64,000 nt of DNA from an uncultured virus (IMG/VR IMGVR_UViG_2897109615_000002) (IMGVR_UViG_2897109615_000002:62001-126000); one strand, 5' to 3'. Shown: positions 27,893-39,237, counted from the first letter of the stretch. Notes: generated from the sequence alone by a model not told the origin. Translations and numbers: made by a program.

Positions 27893-29699
27893 AGCTAATA
27901 TGTCTCAACGGAAAATAGATGGATTTATTAAGCTTGCCGAAGTCATTCAGTGGGGACGAAAAAACCCGGTCAAATTTGTAGAAAGATTCTTCGGCATGGA
28001 ACTTTTAGATTATCAAAAGTACGCTTTTACTGAAAGTTGGTACAAGCAATATGTTCTTTGGTGCATGGGGCGAAACTCAGGAAAAACAACACTGGGAAGC
28101 CCTTTTATTATGGCCAAAAGCCTCCTGATCCCCAATTTCCAAGCGTATATCTTGGCTGGTGTTGGTTCACAATCGCAAGAGATGTTCTTAAAAATTGAAA
28201 AAATAGCGAAAAGAGAGATTGCATCCTTTACCGGCCTTACAGACATTTTTTATAACGAAACCGTTAAGAGTGCAGCAAACACTGATGGCTTCACCCACAA
28301 CCCCGCATCATTTCAATACAAACTTTATAACGGAAGTATTGTAAATTCATTAAACGGATCCTTTGACAACAACCGCTCGAAGCGTTCTAATCTAAATTTC
28401 TATGATGAAAGTGGTTTTGCTCCTGATGAGCTTTTTACGACTTCTGAACCGTTTGCTGTTCAGAACAGTGATTTTAGACTAGGTGGAGATGTTGATGTCA
28501 CTCTATTTCCTAAACAAATGCCCAACCAACTGATTTATGCCTCGTCGGCCTCTTCAACAGATACCTACTTCTATCGAAAATATAGCGATTTTGCTAAAAA
28601 GATGTTCTTAGGAGACAAAAGATATTTTGTCGCAGATATCAGTTCAGACATTGTTATAAATGCCACCTTTAATGGAAAACTGTACCCTGTGTCTTTACTA
28701 TCCCAAGAAACTGTGGATGCAGCAATGAGAGATAACAAAGAAAAAGCTATGCGTGAATATAAGAACATATTCACCACCGAGGGATCAGACAATCAAATCA
28801 TCAAACGTGCAATGATTATCAGAAATTCTGTAACTCGCCCCCCTGTTCTTGCTAATGATGGCTCCAGAAAATTTTTAATGGCTATCGACCCTGCAAGAAA
28901 TCATGACAACTCAGTATGCACAGTTGCAGAGCTAATTAATGATGAGAATGTAGGCTACCGGCTTGAAATTTCTAATAATGTTTCTTGGACTGATCTAGAA
29001 AAGAAAAAGAAAACCCCAATTAAGACTCCTGATCAAGTTAAGGATTTTAAAAGAATGCTTCTAAATTACAATGGAACAAAGGCAGCTGATTATGAAAATA
29101 TCGAAAGGATTCTTTTAGATGCCGGTGCTGGCGGTGGCGGTATGAATGCCTGGGCAGATGGTTTACTGGAGGACTGGACAGATACTAAGGGTGTTAAACA
29201 CAGGGGTCTTATTGATAAACAACACGATGAGTACAAATCTTACATTTCCAAGTATCCAAATGCCAGTGACAAACTTTCCCTCCTCTCACCTCAAAAACTA
29301 AAAAGCGACATGTTTGAATCTTTAATTGAGATGATGGATTTAAACTTAATATCATTTACTGAAACCTATGATTATAAGGGAGAAATCACTTTACCTACTG
29401 ATAACGGTGAAGGAAAAAAGTACAAGCTAACCGATGAAGAAATTTTGTCTTTAACAAATATTGATTTAGCAAAAGAAGAGCTTGTTAGCATCTACAAATT
29501 TTCTTCTGGGAGTAGTAGCAAAGTAAGGTATGACTTGCCTCCTGATAAGAAAAGCAAAGTTCACGACGACCGTGCATATACAATTGCAATGCTTGCTTGG
29601 TACTTAAAGCAACTAAGACGTGAAAACATAACAAAAAAAGAGCATCCCAAAATTGATATGAATAAAATGTTCCTGTTTAAACAACCGCAAATTTCTTAA
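27885..29699 (+). CDS. Terminase large subunit
   Basis: GRNSGKTT Walker A, FYDE Walker B, AIDPA nuclease motif, HDDRAY. Confidence 0.92.
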   Translation: MSKANMSQRKIDGFIKLAEVIQWGRKNPVKFVERFFGMELLDYQKYAFTESWYKQYVLWCMGRNSGKTTLGSPFIMAKSLLIPNFQAYILAGVGSQSQEMFLKIEKIAKREIASFTGLTDIFYNETVKSAANTDGFTHNPASFQYKLYNGSIVNSLNGSFDNNRSKRSNLNFYDESGFAPDELFTTSEPFAVQNSDFRLGGDVDVTLFPKQMPNQLIYASSASSTDTYFYRKYSDFAKKMFLGDKRYFVADISSDIVINATFNGKLYPVSLLSQETVDAAMRDNKEKAMREYKNIFTTEGSDNQIIKRAMIIRNSVTRPPVLANDGSRKFLMAIDPARNHDNSVCTVAELINDENVGYRLEISNNVSWTDLEKKKKTPIKTPDQVKDFKRMLLNYNGTKAADYENIERILLDAGAGGGGMNAWADGLLEDWTDTKGVKHRGLIDKQHDEYKSYISKYPNASDKLSLLSPQKLKSDMFESLIEMMDLNLISFTETYDYKGEITLPTDNGEGKKYKLTDEEILSLTNIDLAKEELVSIYKFSSGSSSKVRYDLPPDKKSKVHDDRAYTIAMLAWYLKQLRRENITKKEHPKIDMNKMFLFKQPQIS

Positions 29700-29725
29700 A
29701 AGAAAGGAGTTGAAATTTGTAACAA

Positions 29726-31168
29726 ATGGATCAACAATTAACAAGTTTTGCGCAGCTGTCAAAGCTACTTCTCAACGACATGAGCTTAAGTAATAACAAA
29801 TCAGCCATTTCCTCAAAATTCACTAAAGAAAATATCATTACGTACCTTCAAAACCCTCAAAAAAGCCAAAAAGAATTGAGGAGAGTTAGCCGTTTTTTAT
29901 ACAACACCTCGCCTAACTATAAACGCCTGGTTCAATACTTTGCAACTATGCTCCGCTTTGATTACATAATCAAACCTTTCGATTTAAATATAGACAAATT
30001 CAAAGAAAAACCCTTTAAAGATCAATATTCCAGCATATTAAAACTCATTGAAACAATGAATCTTCAGCACGAATTCACAAAACTATTGCTAATTGCCTTT
30101 AAAGAAGACGTCTTTTATGGATATGAGCATACAACATCTGATTCGTATTTCATTCAAAAACTTGACCCAGATTATTGTAGGATAAGTTCCATTGAAGATG
30201 GAGTTTTCAACTACAGTTTTGACTTTGCTTATTTTGATTCTAATAAGGACATCTTAAAGGATTATCCTAAAGAATTTAGGGTCAAGTATCTGAAATACAC
30301 CAAAGACAAAACAGGCTTAAGGTGGCAAGAACTGAGCTCCGAAAACACTATATGTATCAAGGTAAATGAGGAACTTGAATATCTACTTCCCCCCTTCTCT
30401 TCAGTTTTTGAATCAGTTCTTGATATAGATGAAACCAAAAGACTTCGCAATGTAAAAAACAAGATGGACAATTATATGATCCTAACACAAAAAATCCCCA
30501 TGGATGAGAAATCTGGAGAAGCAGACAAGCTTTTATTGAACATGGAAACAGCCATTGATTTTCACAATATGGCAATGAATGCTCTGCCAGAAGAAGTTGG
30601 TCTAGTAACCTCTCCTATGCAAATTGAAGCAATTAAGCTTGAAAGAAAAAGCAATGATGCAGATGCTGTCGCAAAAGCTGAAAGAGATTATTATAATGCG
30701 GCCGGAGTCAGTCAAATATTATTCAACAGTGATGGAATGAGTGGAACAGGCCTATCTAAATCGATAATCACAGATGAACAAGTCGCTTTTAGAGTGTTAA
30801 AACAATTGGAACGATGGCTGAATAGGAAGCTCAAAAAAATGGATAGTGAATATAAATTCAGAATTGAGCTATTAGAAACTACAAAATTGAATGTTGAAAC
30901 TGTGCGAGACAGTTTGTTGCAAGCAGCTCAATATGGAATGCCTGTTAAGTCTGCATTAGCTTCTACATTGGGGGTTACACAGAGCAATTTAAACAACATG
31001 GCATTTCTTGAGAATGAAATTATGAATTTGCCAGATAATTTAATACCTTTGTCTAGCTCTCACACACAAAGCGTTAAATCTGCTGGAGCCCCAAAGAAAA
31101 AAGAAGATGCTCTTTCTGATAAAGGTGTTGAAACGAGGGAAAATGAAGGAAACCTTAATCGAGAGTAA
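29726..31168 (+). CDS. Portal protein (putative)
   Basis: 480 aa directly after terL; SPbeta yonE position. Confidence 0.75.
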   Translation: MDQQLTSFAQLSKLLLNDMSLSNNKSAISSKFTKENIITYLQNPQKSQKELRRVSRFLYNTSPNYKRLVQYFATMLRFDYIIKPFDLNIDKFKEKPFKDQYSSILKLIETMNLQHEFTKLLLIAFKEDVFYGYEHTTSDSYFIQKLDPDYCRISSIEDGVFNYSFDFAYFDSNKDILKDYPKEFRVKYLKYTKDKTGLRWQELSSENTICIKVNEELEYLLPPFSSVFESVLDIDETKRLRNVKNKMDNYMILTQKIPMDEKSGEADKLLLNMETAIDFHNMAMNALPEEVGLVTSPMQIEAIKLERKSNDADAVAKAERDYYNAAGVSQILFNSDGMSGTGLSKSIITDEQVAFRVLKQLERWLNRKLKKMDSEYKFRIELLETTKLNVETVRDSLLQAAQYGMPVKSALASTLGVTQSNLNNMAFLENEIMNLPDNLIPLSSSHTQSVKSAGAPKKKEDALSDKGVETRENEGNLNRE

Positions 31169-31197
31169 TCAAATGATTTTTGAAAGGAGGTGAAAAT

Positions 31198-32679
31198 TTG
31201 GACAAAACGGTAGATAATTATGTGCCTCTTCTCTTTCAGAGCTTGGATTCATTTGAAACAGAAGATACGCGATTCTTAAAGGTGAAAATTTGGCTGATGC
31301 ATTTAGGGGAAAACCTAAATGGAAGCTATTTTAATAAAGAAGCAGTTCAAGCCGCTATCCCCTCTCTTGCTAATACTCCTATTTTATCCTACATAGAAGA
31401 GAACTCTGATGGGGATATTGATTTTTCAGACCACCGCATGGTTTTAATTAAAGAGGATGGTCACTTTAAAGTTAAGTATATTGGACAAGCTATCGGGCTC
31501 ATTCCTGAGTCGAACAATGCAAAGTTTGAAAAACGAGTTTGTGATGACGGAATAGAAAGAGAATTCCTTACTTGTGAAGGACTTGTATGGCAAAAATGGG
31601 ACGATCCAATCGAAATATTCAACAGAAACAGCGTGAAGTCACAGTCCATGGAACTCCATGATGATTTTGAAGGAGAATGGATTGATGAAGTGTTCCATTT
31701 CACTAAATTTAGCTTTTTTGGTGCTTGTGCATTAGGAACTGATGTCCTCCCTGCTATGCAGTCTGCAACTATCGAAACTCAATTCTCAGAAGACAAAATG
31801 TTCAAAGGTATTCAAGAAAAAATGGAACTGTTTAAATCCATCAACACTGATAAAGGAGGTATAAAGACTTTGGATAAAACAGAACTTTTAAAACAATTCT
31901 CTGTTACTAAAGAAGAGTTAGCCGCAAACGGAATCAATTATGAAGCACTTTCATATGAAGAGTTAAATCAAAAACTCAAAACAGCATACAAAGTTGACAG
32001 TAGCTTTTCCTTGCCAGCTAATCAGTTAGAAGCTGAATTAAAACGTGCCCTTAGTGAAGAAAAGTTTGTGAAAACTTATAGTTGGGGTGAATCTGAAGAG
32101 CGCATTCGCTATTACTACGCAGATCAAAAAGACGATGAAGTTTTTGCATTTGATAACAAAGAAGACGGATTACTGTATGGCTTCAAATTCTCCATTTCAG
32201 AAGACAAGGTGACAATTGATTTTTCAACAAAACACCGAAAGAAGTTTGAAATTGTAGATTTTATCGAAGGCAATGAATCAAAATTTTCTGTGGTGCCTGT
32301 TGAAAAACTAAAAGATGAACTTGAAGCAAAGGAAAAAGAGGTTGAACATACTTACGCGTCGGTTAAAGAAGAAAATGAGGCGCTCAAACAATTTAAAGCT
32401 GACACTCTTTCTTCACAACGTAAGGAAAAAGAAAAAGAGCTTTATGAAAAGTTCAATCTTGAACTATCTGAAGATGATATCAATTCAGTTAAAGCGATTT
32501 CTGAAGGTTTATCTATTCAACAGATTGAAGAGAAACTCTTCACTCTTTTAGGAAAAAAGAAAGCAAATTTTTCATCTTGGAAAAAAGAAAAAGATACAAC
32601 TGTGAAAATACCTTTTAATAAAGAAAATGATGATACACAACTGGTTTATGGCGGGTTGTTCGAAAAGTTTTCAAACTAA
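31198..32679 (+). CDS. Prohead protease/scaffold (putative)
   Basis: QSMEL and GACALG...PAM motifs, then acidic coiled coil; TTG 31198 after AAAGGAGGTG. Confidence 0.7.
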   Translation: MDKTVDNYVPLLFQSLDSFETEDTRFLKVKIWLMHLGENLNGSYFNKEAVQAAIPSLANTPILSYIEENSDGDIDFSDHRMVLIKEDGHFKVKYIGQAIGLIPESNNAKFEKRVCDDGIEREFLTCEGLVWQKWDDPIEIFNRNSVKSQSMELHDDFEGEWIDEVFHFTKFSFFGACALGTDVLPAMQSATIETQFSEDKMFKGIQEKMELFKSINTDKGGIKTLDKTELLKQFSVTKEELAANGINYEALSYEELNQKLKTAYKVDSSFSLPANQLEAELKRALSEEKFVKTYSWGESEERIRYYYADQKDDEVFAFDNKEDGLLYGFKFSISEDKVTIDFSTKHRKKFEIVDFIEGNESKFSVVPVEKLKDELEAKEKEVEHTYASVKEENEALKQFKADTLSSQRKEKEKELYEKFNLELSEDDINSVKAISEGLSIQQIEEKLFTLLGKKKANFSSWKKEKDTTVKIPFNKENDDTQLVYGGLFEKFSN

Positions 32680-32703
32680 ATAACATTTGGAGGAGGCATT
32701 TAA

Positions 32704-33246
32704 ATGTCAGGAGTTGTTCGTTTAGATAATTTGGCTGCCGTATACGGCGCCGCCCATATTCATTCTGTAAAAGCAAAACTTAATGTTGAAAATGGTAATG
32801 TTGGTGTGGTTGGAGTTCCGTATGAAGGTGAACGAGAGTTGCGCCTATTTAAAAGAGCTACAGATCCAGCCAAAGAAAAAGCTGCTATTGTAGCACAAGA
32901 TGAGATTATGTATGACCAGACTCGCAGATCACAAAACAATTTAAAGTATTTCAAAATTGACGCCGGTCAAATTTTTAGAGCATACGACCTTGTTGAAGGC
33001 GACATCTTTTCTGTTTCACCAGACCTAATTGATGCTCTTGGTGAACAAGTTGTAATTGGAAATAAGGTCACCTTACAAGCTAATTCTTTCAAATATAAAG
33101 AGATTGCAGAGGCAGATGTAGCCGATCAAAGATTTGTAGGGCGAATCGAAGCCATCGAAAAGATTGGCACTCAAACAGTAACCGGTAAATCTGGTTATGT
33201 GGGCGGAATGCTTGATTTAGTCGTTATCAGAGTAGAACAAAACTAA
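32704..33246 (+). CDS. Head decoration-like protein
   Basis: Position between scaffold and capsid genes. Confidence 0.55.
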   Translation: MSGVVRLDNLAAVYGAAHIHSVKAKLNVENGNVGVVGVPYEGERELRLFKRATDPAKEKAAIVAQDEIMYDQTRRSQNNLKYFKIDAGQIFRAYDLVEGDIFSVSPDLIDALGEQVVIGNKVTLQANSFKYKEIAEADVADQRFVGRIEAIEKIGTQTVTGKSGYVGGMLDLVVIRVEQN

Positions 33247-33270
33247 TAATCATAACTTGGAGGTTAATTA

Positions 33271-34263
33271 ATGAAACAAGATCTTGTGAAATTGGGTATT
33301 GATTTATATAAAAACAGAGTTACGGATTACTCAAATAATCAGGCAAATGATGTTATCCGTAAAGCATTTGTAGAGATTATCGGTACTGACAAACCAAACT
33401 TTAGTCAATTTAGACGCTATAAGAATGATATCTTCGAAATTATTGAAGAGGTACTTGATCAAACAATTACCGATGGTATGATTGCCAGCCCTTTCTTCGA
33501 ACAATTCGTGGATTACCGTGATTTAGCTCTTGGAGATACCAATGAATTTTATGTTGAAGATAGAACAATGCTGGTAGCAGCGCGCCATTCAGGTAACCAT
33601 TGGAGCATCAGACGGCAAAAATTGAATATTGGGGATACCTTTACTGTACAAACTGAGCCGTATGCTATTGCAATTTACACTGACTTCAAACGGTTCTTAG
33701 CCGGTCGCATTGATTGGGACGCTTTCATTAAAAAAGTAAGTGAAGCATTCACTCAGGAGTTGAATTCACGTATCTATACTGAATTCATGGCTTCTATGGC
33801 ATACTTACCTGCTGAGTTCAAACAGACTGGCACCTATAATGACGCAACACTAATTGAGCAGGCAGAGCATGTTCAAGCAGCAAACCAAGGATCTCAAATC
33901 ATTATTGCTGGAACACGCACAGCATTGTCTAAACTATCCGGTGCTACTACTCTCATGAGTGAAAATATGAAAGATCAAATTAACAAAAACGGTGTTCTCT
34001 CCGTTTGGAACGGATACTCCCTCCTTCCTATCCCTCAAAGCCACAAACCAAACACTTTTGAATTCCAAATTGCAAATGATCGTTTGATGGTTCTACCAGC
34101 CAACGCCAAACCTATTAAGGTTGTCAAAGAAGGAACTCCTTTTATTAAAGAAGTATCCGATGGTACAACCAACCAAGATATGTCTATGGAGTACAAATTC
34201 ATTACTCAATACGGAGTGGACACAGTATTTAACGTAATGTACGGTATGTATCAATTTGCATAA
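33271..34263 (+). CDS. Major capsid protein (putative)
   Basis: 330 aa, strong RBS, followed by a terminator; yonB position. Confidence 0.75.
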   Translation: MKQDLVKLGIDLYKNRVTDYSNNQANDVIRKAFVEIIGTDKPNFSQFRRYKNDIFEIIEEVLDQTITDGMIASPFFEQFVDYRDLALGDTNEFYVEDRTMLVAARHSGNHWSIRRQKLNIGDTFTVQTEPYAIAIYTDFKRFLAGRIDWDAFIKKVSEAFTQELNSRIYTEFMASMAYLPAEFKQTGTYNDATLIEQAEHVQAANQGSQIIIAGTRTALSKLSGATTLMSENMKDQINKNGVLSVWNGYSLLPIPQSHKPNTFEFQIANDRLMVLPANAKPIKVVKEGTPFIKEVSDGTTNQDMSMEYKFITQYGVDTVFNVMYGMYQFA

Positions 34264-34294
34264 TATGAGGGCTATTTAGCCCTCATATATTTTT
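34263..34294 (+). terminator. Intrinsic terminator
   Basis: ATATGAGGGCT/AGCCCTCATAT stem with T-tract. Confidence 0.8.
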
Positions 34295-34315
34295 GATGAA
34301 AAAGGAGAGTTTTAA

Positions 34316-34849
34316 ATGGCAACAAAAGAAACTGCAATTGAATCTAATGAAGTGGTTACTGAAAAAGAAGCACCAAAAAAGAAAACAGTTAAGAAAAAGA
34401 AACAAATAAACCGTACTCAGTTGGTGTCATGTTTCAATGTAACGAGTGGAAGTTTGAAATACATCTCAAAAAAAACTGGGCTAGAAACTGTATGGAGTGC
34501 GTATGGGGATGAAGAATACATAGAGGTATCTGAATTGTTAACAATGAAATCGTCTCAGCCTAAGTTTCTAACTGAGCCTTGGATTTTTATCGATGATGAG
34601 GAAGTTGTTCAATACTTAGGTTTAAGCAAGGTTTATCAACACATTATTCCTATTGATGAAGTTGAAGAATTCTTCAATCTTTCAGCCACAGATGCCAAAG
34701 ATATCTTACCTAAATTACCTAGAGGAATGAAGGAATTGATTGCTGACAAAGCTAGAAAAGGTGTTGAAAGTGGAGAATTTAATAATCTTCAGCTTCTTAA
34801 GCTATTGGAAAAAGAGCTCCATTTGGACATTCTTTCATTAGCAGATTAG
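34316..34849 (+). CDS. Virion assembly protein (YonA position)
   Basis: ORF with RBS; synteny. Confidence 0.6.
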   Translation: MATKETAIESNEVVTEKEAPKKKTVKKKKQINRTQLVSCFNVTSGSLKYISKKTGLETVWSAYGDEEYIEVSELLTMKSSQPKFLTEPWIFIDDEEVVQYLGLSKVYQHIIPIDEVEEFFNLSATDAKDILPKLPRGMKELIADKARKGVESGEFNNLQLLKLLEKELHLDILSLAD

Positions 34850-34861
34850 GAGGCGTAAAAT

Positions 34862-35293
34862 TTGCCTACTCCTTTTGAAGAAATCTACGGGTTTTTCCTT
34901 CCTAAGTTAACTGATTACTCATTTTTAAATATTTCCGACCGAGATTTGGCTGATACCTTAGAGCCTTTATTAAGGTCGTCATCTATTAAATTTAGAAGGT
35001 GTAAAAAGGACTTAACTGACAGGGATCAAGAACTCAAACAATTCAACGAAGATCTATCTGATGAAGAAAAAGAAATTCTGGCCTGCTTTATGGTTGTAGA
35101 ATATCTCACTCCCAAAATAGTTACTGCTGACCTTTTACATCAAACTCTGAGCTCTAAGGACTTCAAATTGTATTCGCAAGCGAACCATATTAAGGAGATT
35201 AGAGAGCTACGTAATTTAATCAAAAAAGAAGCTGAAAATTTAATGGTGCAATATACATACTCAAATATAAGTATGAGAGGCTTTAGATCATGA
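34862..35293 (+). CDS. Head-tail adaptor-like (YomZ position)
   Basis: TPFEEIYGFFL...LSDEEKEILA; synteny. Confidence 0.6.
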   Translation: MPTPFEEIYGFFLPKLTDYSFLNISDRDLADTLEPLLRSSSIKFRRCKKDLTDRDQELKQFNEDLSDEEKEILACFMVVEYLTPKIVTADLLHQTLSSKDFKLYSQANHIKEIRELRNLIKKEAENLMVQYTYSNISMRGFRS

Positions 35294-35610
35294 AGATGAT
35301 AACAGATTCAAAAACTCAGTTAGCATACTTCAACTTTTTAAAGTCACGCATCTTTAAAATCATTCCCCTCCTAGAAGAAAGTAATTATGGTATTAATAAT
35401 TATGTCAGTTCACTAATCTTCGAATTATATGGAGCTCAGGATACTATTAAATCTGCACATGATTGCTCTGATTATGTTGTGATGCTTGCAACTCTAGAGT
35501 CCATTCGATTGAATATTTCATCACATGACTACAGTTTTCATGTCGTTAGAAAAGAAGTGTTTAAAGTTCTTGCAACCATTGAAAAAATAATGGGGAGAAT
35601 GGAACATTGA
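35290..35610 (+). CDS. Hypothetical virion protein
   Basis: Translationally coupled ORF. Confidence 0.6.
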   Translation: MKMITDSKTQLAYFNFLKSRIFKIIPLLEESNYGINNYVSSLIFELYGAQDTIKSAHDCSDYVVMLATLESIRLNISSHDYSFHVVRKEVFKVLATIEKIMGRMEH

Positions 35611-36272
35611 ACTCTTTTGAAACATATAAAAAGAGGTTACTTGCATACGGCTCTACTCCTGATGAAGTTATAATTAATAACACGAAAGACACAATAAATA
35701 AGTCTTTTGATTCTTCACTCTTCTCTGAGAGCATTCCGATCAACGGTGAATTAACCGATGTAATAATAAATCAGGGGAAAACCTCCGAAGATAAAACATT
35801 ACTGTTTCGACCTGATTATGAATCCCATAAGGGAGCTATTGCGGAGATAAACGATTCCCCTTTTCTTATTACAGAGTTTGATACAAACAGGCTTTATCCC
35901 ATAGCCAAGGCTAAATTATGTAACTCATCTATTTCACTAACATCATCTGATCGTAAGATTCCATCTGGAAAGATTAATGAAATTACAGGAAAACCAATTA
36001 TGATTACAGTTCCTGGTGAAAAGCTTGAAATTCCTTGTGTCTTTGAGCGCACAAACTCAATAATTGGATCCGAATTGGCCATAAACATTCCTGAAGGACA
36101 AGCACATGTCACCATCCCCTTTTTAAAACATGAAAAATTAAAGAAGGGTCTTTTTCTTTCTTTTTATGGCGAGGAATTCCGTGTTGATGATATAGACTAT
36201 TCCAAGGTCTATGGAGACACCGGAACAATTAGACTTATAGCCAAAAAGAAAGTTGGAGGTGATAGTGAATGA
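35607..36272 (+). CDS. Head-closure-like protein (YomX position)
   Basis: Coupled ORF; synteny. Confidence 0.6.
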   Translation: MNSFETYKKRLLAYGSTPDEVIINNTKDTINKSFDSSLFSESIPINGELTDVIINQGKTSEDKTLLFRPDYESHKGAIAEINDSPFLITEFDTNRLYPIAKAKLCNSSISLTSSDRKIPSGKINEITGKPIMITVPGEKLEIPCVFERTNSIIGSELAINIPEGQAHVTIPFLKHEKLKKGLFLSFYGEEFRVDDIDYSKVYGDTGTIRLIAKKKVGGDSE

Positions 36273-36775
36273 GTATGATGGTCGAACATATGACAACTGT
36301 ATTCAGAACCATTATGAATGATACTGAATTGAATCGTCTTTTATATTATAAAGATGCCCCTCTCTCCTCTTCTCTCCCTGACGTTCAGACATTGGAAAAT
36401 TATTATGATCCAGTTGATAATTCCCCATCGATATTAAGCTCCATAATCAAACGTGCTCCCAAAACTGATGATTTAACCGATCAACCAATTTGCAGGCTTT
36501 GTGTCTATCTTGGTAATGGAATCCCTAAACCCTCAACCCAAAGTGTGATGCTGCTAGATCAAGACTTGATGATTGATGTTTATACACACATTAACACTTA
36601 TGAAGAGACTGAATTTAGGAACCTGAAAATTACTGATCGTATTTGCGACATGCTCTTCAATCAAAATTTTGCTGGCATCGGTAAAAATGTTAAATACACA
36701 AGGTTGCTCATATCAAATGCGCCTGAAGGGTACTTGGGATACAAATTGATATTCACTTTCGGAGCAAGTAAATGA
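36269..36775 (+). CDS. Tail terminator-like protein (YomW position)
   Basis: 168 aa; synteny. Confidence 0.6.
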   Translation: MSMMVEHMTTVFRTIMNDTELNRLLYYKDAPLSSSLPDVQTLENYYDPVDNSPSILSSIIKRAPKTDDLTDQPICRLCVYLGNGIPKPSTQSVMLLDQDLMIDVYTHINTYEETEFRNLKITDRICDMLFNQNFAGIGKNVKYTRLLISNAPEGYLGYKLIFTFGASK

Positions 36776-37482
36776 ATGTGTTAAAGGATTTTTTCTTTTT
36801 AGGAAGGCCTATTAATACTGAAGTCGGTGCAATAAGCTTTATCCACTTAAGAGATTACCCAGAGTACATAAGCGAGCTAAATATGATGAAAATGAGCAAG
36901 AAGGAAATCATCAGAAACTTTTCAAAAATCAACAATGACGGTTCATTAAATGATTTAATTATCGAATTGAAGAAGAACAGCCTCTTCAAAATTGTTCATG
37001 ATTACTTACCTGAATTTAACCAGGCTTATTTTAAAGTGTTTAGCAAAGTATTTGTGGACAAAGAATCACTACATCTTATTGATCAGAAAGCATTTAATAA
37101 TGTTAGAAAATTGATATTAGAGATGCATTGCTTGACTGAAGAGAAAATTGTTGAGAATGATGAATTGCAGGAGTTTCATGATTTAAATAATCAATTAAAA
37201 CTCCAAAATTCTCAAAATGATTTAAAGGACATCGCCAGCTGTGTGGCTGCATTTAATGGATACACATATCAAGAGGTAGCCGATATGACTATTTATCAAT
37301 TGTACCTGTCATATTACAGAATGGGTGAAATAATCAATTATAACACTTCTGCGTTATTTGCCACTGTATCAACTGATGTGAAAATCGGTGACTGGAATAG
37401 TTATGTTGATATGTATAGAGAAGAAAACCACCACCTCAGTACAGCAGATGCTAAAAACTTAGAGCAATTATTCGGAGACTGA
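36772..37482 (+). CDS. Tail assembly protein (YomV position)
   Basis: 236 aa; synteny. Confidence 0.6.
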   Translation: MNVLKDFFFLGRPINTEVGAISFIHLRDYPEYISELNMMKMSKKEIIRNFSKINNDGSLNDLIIELKKNSLFKIVHDYLPEFNQAYFKVFSKVFVDKESLHLIDQKAFNNVRKLILEMHCLTEEKIVENDELQEFHDLNNQLKLQNSQNDLKDIASCVAAFNGYTYQEVADMTIYQLYLSYYRMGEIINYNTSALFATVSTDVKIGDWNSYVDMYREENHHLSTADAKNLEQLFGD

Positions 37483-37522
37483 TTTTCAGTCTCTTTTTCA
37501 TTTTAAATTAGGAGGAAAACAC

Positions 37523-38326
37523 TTGGCAAAACAAACAGTTATCCATGAAGTTGGTAAGGTGCTAACCAAAAGGCTTAGTGACCATAAAGTCGTTGCATCT
37601 TCTGTAACGCAAATGACTCAGTTCTCGCAACAAGTCCAACAAGACTTTTTAAAAGGTGGATGGGGAAATAGAGACCTTTATGTCATCAACTCAAGCAAAG
37701 AAGTTTCAGGTAATGTAAAAAATGCTTTCTTTGATCTTGATTTTATGGCAATGCAGCAAGGTGTACAAATTGAAAACGAGACGATTTCTGTATGGGAAGA
37801 TGAAAGTCTTACTGTAGATGATTCTGGCACGGTCAAAATCGCGTATACTCCTTTATCCAGAGTCTCACTTACAAATGAAGACGGAGATCAACAAGAATTT
37901 AGTGTTTCAGACAAAACAATTACTGTTCCTGAAACGTTTGCTACTAAAGGGAACGCTGTAACAGCTCATTATCAAATTGAAGTTGATGCAGAAACAGTTG
38001 AAATTAGTGGTGAAAAATTCTCTGAGAACTATTACTTCGAAATTCACACACTTGAGTACGATCCAAAGACATCAAAAATTTACAGTGACCTATATATCCA
38101 GTTGCCTAAAGTTAATTTCTCTGGTGAAGCAGACATGTCTTTGGAAGCAGGACAAGCCTACACACCTGAAATTGGATACAGAGCATTAGCTGATGACAAT
38201 GGCAAGATCGGTTCTTTTGCACGTGTTAAGCGTAACCCTGATGGGACAAAAGGAGTTAAAACGGAACAAGAAGATGCGACATCGAAAAGCAGTGTAGACA
38301 TTGGAACAACGCAAGAAACAAAATAA
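37523..38326 (+). CDS. Major tail protein (putative, YomU position)
   Basis: 267 aa, beta-rich; synteny. Confidence 0.65.
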   Translation: MAKQTVIHEVGKVLTKRLSDHKVVASSVTQMTQFSQQVQQDFLKGGWGNRDLYVINSSKEVSGNVKNAFFDLDFMAMQQGVQIENETISVWEDESLTVDDSGTVKIAYTPLSRVSLTNEDGDQQEFSVSDKTITVPETFATKGNAVTAHYQIEVDAETVEISGEKFSENYYFEIHTLEYDPKTSKIYSDLYIQLPKVNFSGEADMSLEAGQAYTPEIGYRALADDNGKIGSFARVKRNPDGTKGVKTEQEDATSKSSVDIGTTQETK

Positions 38327-38344
38327 CGTTAGGAGCTTGATATC

Positions 38345-38809
38345 TTGGCACTTTTAAACAAAGACGGAGACATTTACACTTCAGCTAGAGACGATGGAAA
38401 TGGTAAACCGATCACTGACATTCACCTAAAATCACAAGAAAAACCCCTACAAGTTGACTTCCCTCAAGCCGGTTTGGATGCTATCAAAGGTATCCAAGTA
38501 CAATCACCTTCCGTGACCTTGAATGAAAGAGATCCAGGCTTCTCCTCTTTTAAAACGGATAAATTCACTGTTACTTCAACAGCTCAAAAAGTTACCGCAG
38601 GTATCACTGACAGGACAGCACTTACTATTTACCCTCCTGCAGAAGGCACGATTTACATTGGGAACTCAACTGTAACTGCTGATACAGGTATCCCATTGAC
38701 AGCCGGTGACAAACCTTTTTCGGTGCCTGTTGCTGCTGGCAAAACGCTTTATGTCTATGTGATCAATGACGGTACTGACAGAGACGTAAGAGTATTTGAA
38801 GCTAAATAA
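38345..38809 (+). CDS. Putative tail-associated protein
   Basis: ORF with AGGAG RBS, followed by hairpin 38813-38830. Confidence 0.6.
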   Translation: MALLNKDGDIYTSARDDGNGKPITDIHLKSQEKPLQVDFPQAGLDAIKGIQVQSPSVTLNERDPGFSSFKTDKFTVTSTAQKVTAGITDRTALTIYPPAEGTIYIGNSTVTADTGIPLTAGDKPFSVPVAAGKTLYVYVINDGTDRDVRVFEAK

Positions 38810-38871
38810 ATTGAGGGGATACTTCCCCTCTCCTTTTTAAATAAAAGTCAGTTTTTAAACAGATTTAGGAG

Positions 38872-39237
38872 GTGGAGTTGTTGACAGAAACCGATGCAAA
38901 TATTTTAAAAACCATTCCAGATAAAGCAACCTTTACATTCCACGAAGCAACAACTGCCCCGTCTGAAGGTGAAGAATTTGTAGTATCACATTATCGGGAT
39001 ATTACTGTTAAGATCTCTGGTTCCTCAACTTCAAGAGAAATAAAATTCTTTGCCGTAGATGAAAATGGTGAAAAGACAGAAATTGCTGGAACAAACAAAA
39101 CTGATTTTCAATTAGGTACGGGCACATTGAATACAAATGAAATCTGGGATTTTGATATTGCAGGGCTTTTCAAATTCATGGTTGAGGTTGTTTCCGTAAA
39201 TGGAGATGTAACGATTAAAGGAATTGCGGTGAGTTAA
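38872..39237 (+). CDS. YomS-like protein
   Basis: Synteny; true start probably TTG 38881. Confidence 0.65.
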   Translation: MELLTETDANILKTIPDKATFTFHEATTAPSEGEEFVVSHYRDITVKISGSSTSREIKFFAVDENGEKTEIAGTNKTDFQLGTGTLNTNEIWDFDIAGLFKFMVEVVSVNGDVTIKGIAVS